Source: Xanthomonas campestris pv. campestris str. ATCC 33913
GTDB taxonomy: Bacteria; Pseudomonadota; Gammaproteobacteria; Xanthomonadales; Xanthomonadaceae
Reading direction: 5' to 3'
DNA length: 32,000 bases
Assembly (NCBI RefSeq): GCF_000007145.1
Contig: NC_003902.1
Coordinates: 3,926,497 to 3,958,496, forward strand
The position numbers and the translations under genes were made by a program. Shown piece by piece: positions 1-8,116 of the stretch (the first letter of the stretch is position 1; the number at the start of each line of letters is the position of its first letter). Below the pieces are notes generated by a model. That model was not told the DNA's origin and made no database searches. It saw only the letters and a program-made list of their open reading frames with translations.

Positions 1-360
1 GTTGCTGCACCGATGGCACCGCCTGGCCGGTTTGGCGAGCCTGCATCCGCATCGGTTCCCAACGACCCGCTTTACCAGGCCATCCACAGCAAGCTCCCCG
101 CAGGCACTTCGCCGGCAGAGGCGATGTACGCCACAGTCGAGGCCAAGCGTGCAGGCATCCTGCGCGCCGATCAGCTGCAAAGCGTGACGTCGCATCAAGA
201 CAATGTCTGGATCGTCGGGCAGACACCTGGCTTCCGGGTCAAGGTGGATCTATCAGACAGCGTGCCTCCCCTGCAGGAGAGCATCCGTCAGTCGCAAGCA
301 CTCGATACGCAGCGGTCGCAGCCGGAAGTGACCCAGCAATCGCCTGCACGTGTAATGTAA
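1..360 (+). CDS. 3' end of a gene (5'-partial at window edge). The C-terminal domain resembles the XVIPCD secretion signal of Xanthomonas type IV secretion effectors (X-Tfe).
   Basis: Frame 1 is open from base 1 (VAAPMAPPG...), with stop TAA at 358-360. The tail DPLYQAIHSKL..AEAMYATVEAKRAGILRADQLQSVTSHQDNVWIVGQTPGFRVKVDLSDSVPPLQESIRQSQALDTQRSQPEVTQQ has a Gln-rich end and matches my recollection of the XVIPCD pattern. No alignment was run. Confidence 0.5.
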   Translation, partial: VAAPMAPPGRFGEPASASVPNDPLYQAIHSKLPAGTSPAEAMYATVEAKRAGILRADQLQSVTSHQDNVWIVGQTPGFRVKVDLSDSVPPLQESIRQSQALDTQRSQPEVTQQSPARVM

Positions 361-364
361 GGCC

Positions 365-724
365 ATGATCGAGCGGGTCGCACCCATGACTGCCCCAGTG
401 CCGACTGTCACGGCAGCCCGGTGTCCGCCGCGTGCGACAAGCCGGTTGCAGCCGCTGGCGGACGCCAACCTCGGCGACTTCGTTTTCTTCAAGCTGGTCA
501 ACGACTACTTCAACCGGGAAATCCAGGACTTCGGTATGGCGTTGATGGAGCGAGCCATGCGCTGGGTCAGCACCATCGCATTGACCGTCACCACGCTGTG
601 GGTGATGATCCTGGGCTACCGCATCGCCACTGGGCAGTCGCGCGAGAGCGCCATGGCCACGATGATCAAGGCCGGCAAGGTCGCCATCATCATCAGCATT
701 TCGTGTGAGAGTTGTAGATCTTAA
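365..724 (+). pseudogene. virB6: Truncated VirB6/TrbL-family type IV secretion gene (N-terminal ~115 codons only)
   Basis: ATG lies 4 nt after the previous stop. GDFVFFKLVNDYFNREIQDFGMALMERAMRWVSTIALTVTTLWVMILGYRIATGQSRESAMATMIKAGKVAIIISI looks like the N-terminal/first-TM region of VirB6/TrbL. The ORF ends at codon 119 in an AT-rich stretch (gagagttgtagatcttaagatta) directly abutting the stop of a convergent gene. VirB6 proteins are normally several-fold longer. Confidence 0.55.
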
Positions 725-726
725 GA

Positions 727-1398
727 TTACGGCGCCATCGCGATATTGATCCCGACCGTGATCCACCCACGCGGTGCGGTCGCGTGATCACGTCCAACTA
801 CGAGATCGATGCTGGAGGCCTTGCCCACCAGTCTGCGCAGTCCGAGTTGCGCACCGTGACCGTCGCGATCGTCTCCCGATGCTTCGGCCAGGACCGTCCA
901 GGCGGGGGTGAGCACGTGCTCCAGGCCGACACCTGCAGTCGTGGTGTCCGGGCCAGCGTGCGTGACGAGCGCGCCGAAATTGACGTGAATCCGCGTGTTC
1001 GCTGCCGTTCCTAGCGACCACGTCAGCGGCACGGCGATGTAACTGGCGCGTTGCTGAGGCTCCTGCCAGGCGCGTTGCAGGCCCACTGACACCGCCAGCC
1101 CCCATGCGTGTTGCTCCGGATCGCGCAGCATGCGTTTTGCGCCGATGTCGAGCGCAGCCGATCCGTGCCGGACGTCGGTCATTCCCAACGCGAATTCGGT
1201 GCCCCAGAGGTTGCAGGCAGGCACTGCCGTGGCCGATGCACCGCCGGGCGTCGCACGCCACCACGCTTCGAGCTGGCACTGGCCGCGTGGCGTCACGCCA
1301 GCATCGTCGACCACCATGCTGGCTGCTGCACGCGCGGGCACCGGGTGCCATAACGCGAACACGGCCAGCAGTCCCGGGGAGTGACGCAATACCTTCAT
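727..1398 (-). CDS. Secreted protein of unknown function, possibly a small outer-membrane beta-barrel
   Basis: ATG at 1398 (MKVLRHSPGLLAVFALWHPVPARAAA is a signal-peptide-like N-terminus) with GAGAAG upstream. Alternating hydrophobic/polar pattern and Gly/Thr/Ala-rich strands. The 261-aa ORF in the track is an upstream extension. Confidence 0.55.
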   Translation of the reverse strand: MKVLRHSPGLLAVFALWHPVPARAAASMVVDDAGVTPRGQCQLEAWWRATPGGASATAVPACNLWGTEFALGMTDVRHGSAALDIGAKRMLRDPEQHAWGLAVSVGLQRAWQEPQQRASYIAVPLTWSLGTAANTRIHVNFGALVTHAGPDTTTAGVGLEHVLTPAWTVLAEASGDDRDGHGAQLGLRRLVGKASSIDLVVGRDHATAPRGWITVGINIAMAP

Positions 1399-1828
1399 AG
1401 GCTTCTCAAGAAAAGCGCCAGCGCCGTTGGCGTTGAACACCATTTTAAGGCCCGAGAACGCCGCATGGCACGCAGGCGGCAAACCACGCTGCGCCACGTT
1501 AGCGCCGTGCATCGAAGATGCAGCGCATGCGCCGATGCGATCGATGTGGCTGACGCGACTTCGTTGGCACGACTTGTTCTCAGCAAAGCGTCGGTATCAA
1601 GCCCAATCGGCCTTCGGCTCGCTGGCAACCACGACGGCGGCGCACTGGTGAACGACGCGCCACTACCTGACCTGTCGCTGATGCATGCTATGCAACACGG
1701 AAGCAGGCATTGATGCTTGACCCACTGCACCACCGGCGCCGCGCGTTACATGCATGCATGTAGCGCCACAAAGTTGGGCACGCAGACCGAACTCACACCC
1801 TAGGCATGCGCGGCCGCATTAGCCGCTC

Positions 1829-2335
1829 TTACTGGCAGGCCCTGCCTTCCATCGTCTGCTGCGCGGTAAACATGGGGACCTGCGGGATCTTGCCGGCCGC
1901 GGCCTGCTGCTTGGCCTCCTCCAGATAGATGCGTGACTGCCCTTGTCCATCCAGCTGCGGTTTGGCCGCGGCCGGCTTGCGCCATACCCGCACAACCGCC
2001 TGCTGTGACGGGCAGGACGCGCTCGGTACGCGGATCACATCATTGAAGATCCAACCGGAGGCCACGCTGGGTGCAGCTTTGGCGTAGTCGACGAAGCGGG
2101 CGCGCGGCTGACAGGTAGGACTGCTGCGCGTCACCGAAAACGTGTATGGCTGCGCCGCATTGCCGGTGAAAACGCCTTCCAGACGGGCACAGGCTTCGGG
2201 AATCTGGCGCAAGGTGTGCGCTGCACCAATCGCCTGCGCCGTGCCAGGGGCACGCTGCATTTCCGGTGCGGGCTCGGCGGCAAACACAGGAGCGCTCAGC
2301 AGCAGGCCGGTCATCATCAAGGCGGATTTCAACAT
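1829..2335 (-). CDS. Secreted/periplasmic protein of unknown function (168 aa, 4 Cys in the mature part)
   Basis: ATG at 2335 preceded by AGGAG 8 nt upstream. Signal peptide MLKSALMMTGLLLSAPVFAAE. High G/C third positions. Confidence 0.7.
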   Translation of the reverse strand: MLKSALMMTGLLLSAPVFAAEPAPEMQRAPGTAQAIGAAHTLRQIPEACARLEGVFTGNAAQPYTFSVTRSSPTCQPRARFVDYAKAAPSVASGWIFNDVIRVPSASCPSQQAVVRVWRKPAAAKPQLDGQGQSRIYLEEAKQQAAAGKIPQVPMFTAQQTMEGRACQ

Positions 2336-2584
2336 ACATAGGCTCCTGGATCGGGTCGATCACGGTGGCGGCAGGCTGTCATGCCATCACTGAACGCGGC
2401 GCCAAAGCGTGGTGCTGGCAGGCATGCAGTACGCGGCGCATACTCGGCTGCAATCCGGCCACATGAACATCGCGACGCGCAGCAGGCCTTGTCAGGCCGT
2501 CGAGTCCGTCTTCGCCGTTCCACTCGTCGCGCACCGCCCTTCGTTCGTCCCGACCGGACGACATCCATTCTTTTGGGAGGGGTC

Positions 2585-4612
2585 ATGCTGGAACACTACG
2601 GATTGATGCTCGCGCTGGGTTGTGCGGTCCTGGCCATTGTCTATGGCATGTTGTCGGCGCGCTGGGTGGTCGCGCAGCCGAGCGGCAATGCACGCATGCA
2701 GGAAATCGCCGCTGCCATCCAGGAGGGCGCACGCGCCTACCTCAACCGGCAATACCTGACCATTTCCATCGCAGGCGTGGTGTTGTTCGTGCTGGTCGGG
2801 CTGTTTCTGAGTTGGTACACCGCGATCGGCTTTGCGATCGGTGCGGTGCTGTCGGGGTTGGCCGGCTACATCGGCATGAACGTGTCGGTACGCGCCAACG
2901 TGCGCACCGCACAAGCAGCCCGGCACGGGATCAGCAAGGCCATGGACGTTGCCTTTCGCGGCGGCGCCATCACCGGCATGCTGGTGGTCGGCCTGGGCTT
3001 GCTGGGTGTTGCCGGCTACTTCGCCATCCTGCAGGCCATGGGCCTGCCGCTTGAGCAGAACCTGCACGCCTTGGTCGGCCTGGCGTTCGGTTCATCGCTG
3101 ATTTCGATTTTTGCGCGCCTGGGTGGCGGCATTTTCACCAAGGGTGCCGATGTGGGCGCCGACTTGGTGGGCAAGGTCGAGGCCGGCATCCCCGAAGATG
3201 ACCCGCGCAATCCGGCCGTGATTGCAGACAACGTCGGTGACAACGTCGGCGACTGTGCAGGCATGGCGGCGGACCTGTTCGAGACCTATGCGGTCACCGT
3301 CATTGCCACGATGCTGCTCGGCAGCCTGACCCTGGCCGAAACCGGACCGCATGCGGTGTTGTATCCACTGGTGCTGGGCGGCGTGTCCATCGTCGCATCG
3401 ATCATTGGCGCAGCATTCGTGAAGGTAAAGCCGGGCGGCTCGATCATGGGTGCGCTCTATAAAGGCGTGATCGTGTCCGGTGTGTTGGCGGCGATTGCGT
3501 ACTTGCCGATCACGCAGGCATTGATGCGCGAAAACGCGCACGGCGCGATGTCATTGTATGCCTGCGCATTGATCGGCCTGGTCCTGACCGGGCTGATCGT
3601 GTGGATCACCGAGTACTACACCGGCACGCAGTATGGGCCGGTGCAGCATGTGGCCGCCGCGAGCACGACCGGTCATGGCACCAACATCATTGCCGGCCTG
3701 GGCATCTCGATGAAATCCACCGCACTCCCGGTCATTGCGGTGTGCGCGGCGATCTGGGGCGCATTCCATTTTGGCGGGCTGTACGGGATTGCGATCGCGG
3801 CTACGGCGATGCTGTCGATGGCCGGCATGATCGTGGCATTGGACGCCTATGGCCCCATCACGGACAACGCCGGCGGCATTGCCGAAATGGCCGAATTGCC
3901 GCCAGAAGTCCGCAACGTCACCGACCCGCTGGATGCAGTCGGCAATACCACCAAAGCGGTAACCAAGGGCTATGCGATCGGCTCGGCTGCACTGGCCGCG
4001 CTGGTGCTGTTTGCCGACTACACCCACAACCTGCAGGCCGCCAATCCGAACGAAGTATTCGCGTTCGATCTGTCTGACCACACGGTGATCATTGGCTTGC
4101 TGATTGGCGGACTGATTCCCTACCTGTTCGGCGCAATGGCGATGGAAGCCGTGGGGCGCGCTGCCGGTGCGGTGGTCGAAGAAGTACGCCGCCAGTTCCG
4201 CGACATCCCCGGCATCATGACCGGCACCGCCAAGCCGCAATACGACCGCGCGGTGGACATGCTCACGCGCTCGGCAATCCGCGAAATGATCGTGCCCTCG
4301 TTGTTGCCGGTGGTGGTCCCGGTGATCGTCGGGCTGTTGCTTGGGCCGCGTGCGCTGGGCGGATTGTTGATCGGCACCATCGTGACCGGGCTCTTCGTTG
4401 CGATTTCGATGACGACCGGGGGAGGTGCCTGGGACAACGCCAAGAAGTACATCGAAGATGGTCATTTCGGCGGCAAGGGCAGCGAAGCACATAAGGCCGC
4501 GATCACCGGCGACACCGTGGGCGACCCCTACAAGGACACCGCAGGGCCTGCCATCAACCCGCTGATCAAGATCATCAATATCGTCGCGTTGCTGTTGGTG
4601 CCGCTGCTTTAA
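2585..4612 (+). CDS. hppA: Membrane-bound H+-translocating pyrophosphatase, K+-independent subtype
   Basis: ATG at 2585 with GGGAGGGG just upstream. Multi-TM protein with hallmark motifs [51 protein letters not shown] and [31 protein letters not shown] carries Lys (AAA 3953-3955) at the K+-dependence determinant. The track ORF starting at 2381 is an N-terminal over-extension. Confidence 0.95.
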
Positions 4613-4644
4613 GCGCTGTGCTTGAGGCGATCTGCGGACCTCGT

Positions 4645-4690
4645 GGGCCCGGAGTGATGCGTGACTCCGGGCCCGGGCCTTTGTCGGCTG
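4645..4690 (+). terminator. Candidate terminator hairpin after hppA
   Basis: GGGCCCGGAGT (4645-4655) / ACTCCGGGCCC (4664-4674), an 11-bp perfect stem. The T-rich run (CCTTTGTC) is weak and offset by a few nt. Confidence 0.5.
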
Positions 4691-5009
4691 GCGACGGCGC
4701 CTGGCCTCTAAGGCTCCTGAGGCTGCAAGCATGGCGATGCGTGCTGCTGCAAAGACCACTGCGGAGACCGGAAAGACGCCACTGGCCCGTTTGATCACTA
4801 CGGGCCAGTGGCGCAGCGCATCTCCGCATGCAACAAATCAGCAATGATCACGCTACAAGCCATCAGGTTGCGTAGGTTGCTCGTTACTTGGTGCATCAAA
4901 CGCGTCTTGGAGGTAAGCCGCGCAAGCACCGAAGGCGCTGCACCAGAATCTGCTAGGTCGTCATGGATGATCGCTCGACCAACAACATGAGCAAGACGCC
5001 GTCAGCGCC

Positions 5010-5492
5010 TCACAGACAGCCGATCAGCCCGTTATAGATCGGCGGCGCACCACCGGGCAGCGGCTCGAACAGCGGATTGGTGACTGCAAGCACGCGATAC
5101 ATCTCGTCCAGGCGCGTTCCGGCCTTCAGAGGCGCGGTGCAGCGCCAGACCCGGCTGTCCGAGCGCAAATGACCGCTGCGCGGATCCACGCTCACCTCGC
5201 TCGCGCCAAAGGTCCAGATGCAGCTGCGCACCACCCCGCTCACCCGATTGACCGAGCAGCGGAACCGCAGTGGCTGGTAATCGCTGAACTCGCCGCCACA
5301 GAACGTATCGCCACAGATATTGTCGAAATCACGGTCCAGCCGTTGCTCCAGATCGACAAAGGCCTCCCAACCTTCGCCGTTGGCCGGCCAGTCCACCGCA
5401 TCCACGAACGCTGGCGGCGGATCCGCAGCCAGCGCCGCCGGGGCGAGGATGGATGACATCAAGAGAACGATGACGCGCAGGTACCTGGACAT
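5010..5492 (-). CDS. Secreted Cys-containing protein of unknown function (160 aa)
   Basis: ATG at 5492 with GGAG 9 nt upstream. Signal peptide MSRYLRVIVLLMSSILAPAALAAD. Six Cys in the mature part. Coding-like codon bias. Confidence 0.7.
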   Translation of the reverse strand: MSRYLRVIVLLMSSILAPAALAADPPPAFVDAVDWPANGEGWEAFVDLEQRLDRDFDNICGDTFCGGEFSDYQPLRFRCSVNRVSGVVRSCIWTFGASEVSVDPRSGHLRSDSRVWRCTAPLKAGTRLDEMYRVLAVTNPLFEPLPGGAPPIYNGLIGCL

Positions 5493-5691
5493 GGGGCCAA
5501 CTCCGTGGCTGTGGATGAGCCTGCAGCGTGACGCCCGGGCATGCTTAGCAGCATCGGGGAGCGGCTCGTGATGAACGCGGACTATGCCTCGCGCTGCTGT
5601 CAGACGGAGGCCTATTCAGTGTCGCTGCACCGCAACAGCCGAACGCGTAGAATCGGCCTCCACACACAGCTGAAGCCTCGGAGCTACGCGC

Positions 5692-6228
5692 ATGGGCCTG
5701 GAACTGGTCACCTCCGGCAAGAACCTGCCGGAAGAAATCAACGTCGTCATCGAGATCCCCAAGGACTCGGAGCCGGTCAAGTACGAAGTGGACAAGGCCA
5801 GCGGCGCGATCTTCGTCGACCGCATCCTGTCGACCCCGATGCGCTACCCCTGCAACTACGGCTACGTGCCCAACACCCTGTGCGGCGACGGCGACCCGGC
5901 CGACGTGCTGGTGGTGCTGCCGCTGCCGCTGGTGCCCGGTTCGGTGGTGCGTTGCCGCCCGGTCGGCGTGCTGCGCATGAGCGATGAGGCCGGCAGCGAC
6001 GAGAAGATCCTGGCAGTGCCGATCGAGAAGATCTTCTCCGGCTACGCCCACATCGAAGATATCGATCAGGTCTCCAGCCACTGGATGGAGCGCATCGGCC
6101 ATTTCTTCGAGCATTACAAGGACTTGGAGAAAGGCAAGTGGGTCAAGCTGGACGGCTGGGGCGGCGCGGCGGAAGCCAAGCGCATCCTGGTGGAGTCGGT
6201 GGAACGCTATAATTCCGACGCGCCCTGA
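5692..6228 (+). CDS. ppa: Soluble inorganic pyrophosphatase (family I)
   Basis: GGAG 8 nt upstream of the ATG. Sequence [21 protein letters not shown]...[24 protein letters not shown]...DEKILAVP is typical family I PPase. Confidence 0.95.
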   Translation: MGLELVTSGKNLPEEINVVIEIPKDSEPVKYEVDKASGAIFVDRILSTPMRYPCNYGYVPNTLCGDGDPADVLVVLPLPLVPGSVVRCRPVGVLRMSDEAGSDEKILAVPIEKIFSGYAHIEDIDQVSSHWMERIGHFFEHYKDLEKGKWVKLDGWGGAAEAKRILVESVERYNSDAP

Positions 6229-6246
6229 GCCGTCGACCGTGACGCT

Positions 6247-6355
6247 GCCCCGCACGCGCGGGGCGATCGGCATCACGCTTTTGGCGTGATGCCGGTGACC
6301 GCTGTCGGCAGATTGGGTACATTGCCGACAGCGTTTGGCCGGCGCCTATCGCCGG
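6247..6355 (+). terminator. Cluster of four consecutive GC-rich hairpins downstream of ppa (probable terminator region)
   Basis: Four stems: GCCCCGC/GCGGGGC (6247-6264), GGCATCACGC/GCGTGATGCC (6269-6293), GCTGTCGGCA/TGCCGACAGC (6301-6332, followed by GTTTGG), CCGGCG/CGCCGG (6339-6355). Confidence 0.45.
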
Positions 6356-6374
6356 TGACTCTTGGGGAAGTGCC

Positions 6375-7487
6375 TTGCGTATTTTGTTTGTTGGGGACGA
6401 AGCCAGTCTTCCGTCCGACCTTGTCGACTACATTGCCGAACTCGGCGACAACTGGCAGGCGCAGCAGGTCCCGGACGGGAACTCTGCCATCGAAGCCGCC
6501 GCGCTGTCGCCCTTCGATGCCGTCATCGTTGCCCCGGTCCTGCCGGACTTGACCGCCGCGACCTTGCTCGGGCAAATCCGCACCCTGCGGCCCGACACCA
6601 TCCGCATTGCCCTGATCGATGCCCAGGACGGGCAGCGCACGCCACCGGCGCGCATCATCGGGGTGGCGCACCGTTTCCTGCCGATGCCGCTGGCACCGGA
6701 AGTGCTGCTGGAAGCCGTGACCAGCCTGGAGGAGTTGCGCGACCTGCTCAGCAATCCGCGCCTGCGCGCGGCCATTGGGCGGATCGAAAAGCTGCCCTCC
6801 CCGCCCCACCTGTATTTGAGCCTGATGCACGCGCTGGAAGAGGACGATGGCGCCGACGCGGCCGACATCGCCAAGCTGATCGCCGGCGACCCGGCGATCG
6901 CGGCCAAGGTGCTGCAGCTGTGCAACTCTGCGTTCTTCTCTGGCGGCCGCAGCATCACCGATCTGCGCACCGCGGTAACGCGCCTGGGCGTGGCCACGCT
7001 GCGCGACCTGGTGCTGGCCAGCGAAGTATTCTCGGTGCAGACCCTGAGCCCGGCCGAGCGCGCCGCGATGCAGCGCCGCGCGCTGCTGTCTTCGCGCCTG
7101 GCGGCCAAGGTGTTGCCACCGACCAGCGCCGAACTGGGCTCCACCGCCGCGCTGCTGGCCGACATCGGCCTGTTGCTGCCCGGCGTGCGTGATGAACGCG
7201 AACCGCCCGTGGAAGGCGACGAGCGTCTGGGCCATACCGAAGCCGGCGCCTACCTGCTGGGCCTGTGGGGCCTGCCGATGCCGATCATCGAAGCAGTGGC
7301 CTTCCATCGCCACCCGCAACGCTCCAGCCTGCGCAGCTTCTGGGTGACCGGCGCCGTGCACGTGGCGACTGCATTGGCCAGCGGCGAGACCGTGGACGAG
7401 GAATACCTGACCAAGGTTGGCGTCATCAACCGCCTGCCAAATTGGCGCGAGCAGGCCGATACCTTGATGGGGCTTGCTGAGGCGTAA
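6375..7487 (+). CDS. Signalling protein: degenerate receiver (pseudo-REC) domain fused to an HDOD domain
   Basis: TTG start at 6375 with GGGGAAG upstream. N-terminal CheY-like fold (MRILFVGDE...FDAVIVAPVLPD...FLPMP). C-terminal HDOD-like LPSPPHLYLSLMHALEEDDGADAADIAKLIAGDPAIAAKVLQLCNSAFFSGGRSITDLRTAVTRLGVATLRDLVL. Confidence 0.85.
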   Translation: MRILFVGDEASLPSDLVDYIAELGDNWQAQQVPDGNSAIEAAALSPFDAVIVAPVLPDLTAATLLGQIRTLRPDTIRIALIDAQDGQRTPPARIIGVAHRFLPMPLAPEVLLEAVTSLEELRDLLSNPRLRAAIGRIEKLPSPPHLYLSLMHALEEDDGADAADIAKLIAGDPAIAAKVLQLCNSAFFSGGRSITDLRTAVTRLGVATLRDLVLASEVFSVQTLSPAERAAMQRRALLSSRLAAKVLPPTSAELGSTAALLADIGLLLPGVRDEREPPVEGDERLGHTEAGAYLLGLWGLPMPIIEAVAFHRHPQRSSLRSFWVTGAVHVATALASGETVDEEYLTKVGVINRLPNWREQADTLMGLAEA

Positions 7488-7515
7488 GTCTCTGCACATG
7501 GAGTGATGCAGGCTG

Positions 7516-7547
7516 AAGGGCGCGACGTAAGTTGCGCCCTTTTTCTT
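7516..7547 (+). terminator. Rho-independent terminator of the HDOD gene
   Basis: AAGGGCGC (7516-7523) / GCGCCCTT (7534-7541) followed by TTTCTT. Confidence 0.7.
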
Positions 7548-8057
7548 GCATCGGACGCGCCTACAGATATTCGTTTCAAAAGCTACGCCATTGCGCTGGC
7601 CCGTCGCGGCCCAGAAAGCGACGTCACGCACTCTTCCAATTGCCATATCAGACGGCATGGACCGACGCATTTGTCGCATTGGATTGCCGCGATTGCTGCT
7701 TATTGGTAGCAGATAGCGATGCAGCCTGGAGGCTTGGCCTGGCCGCTATTGCAAGCCGTCAGAGTATGCATGCGGAGTAGAAACACGCTCGGACCATTGC
7801 CCTCAGAGGATGCATTCGCGGCTCACAAGGCATTGCGTTGCCACGACATTCAGCCATTTGGACCAACGGAACGCAGCATTAGCAATACATGCGTCTTCGC
7901 GTAAGACGACGCCAATGGAGCGCCACAGCGAGGTTGAATCACGCTCCGGCAGCAAGTTTCTAAACCAAATGCCATGCCTGCTATTTCGGGAGCCACTCTT
8001 CGCCTGCGAAAAAGCGCTAACCACAGAAACGCCTACGCATACCAATCACGTGCTAAC

Positions 8058-8084
8058 GCAAAAAAGCGGGCCTTTCGGCCCGCT
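8058..8084 (-). terminator. Rho-independent terminator of the TonB-dependent receptor gene
   Basis: The minus strand reads AGCGGGCC-GAAA-GGCCCGCT followed by TTTTTTGCG, 33 nt after the TGA at 8117-8119. Confidence 0.8.
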
Positions 8085-8116
8085 CTTTCGTAACACGTTC
8101 TACAACGTTTCGGTGA

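Noticed and set aside
2381-2584. N-terminal extensions of track ORFs: hppA from 2381, S9 peptidase from 17198, thiC to 16780, ggt to 23206, ilvC from 23576, leuB to 31749, the OM-like protein to 1512, and the cadC-like gene to 14463
   Set aside because: In each case an internal ATG with an SD and a native-looking N-terminus (signal peptide or conserved start) exists. The extension is Arg/Pro-rich or overlaps a riboswitch, leader or intergenic structure.
4778-4812. Perfect 12-bp stem (GCCACTGGCCCG / CGGGCCAGTGGC, 11-nt loop) between hppA and the 5010..5492 gene
   Set aside because: There is no U-tract on either strand (only GTCTTTCC on the minus strand), and it lies 200 nt from the nearest stop codon. 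It could be a weak terminator or a REP-unrelated hairpin. The evidence is too thin to call.
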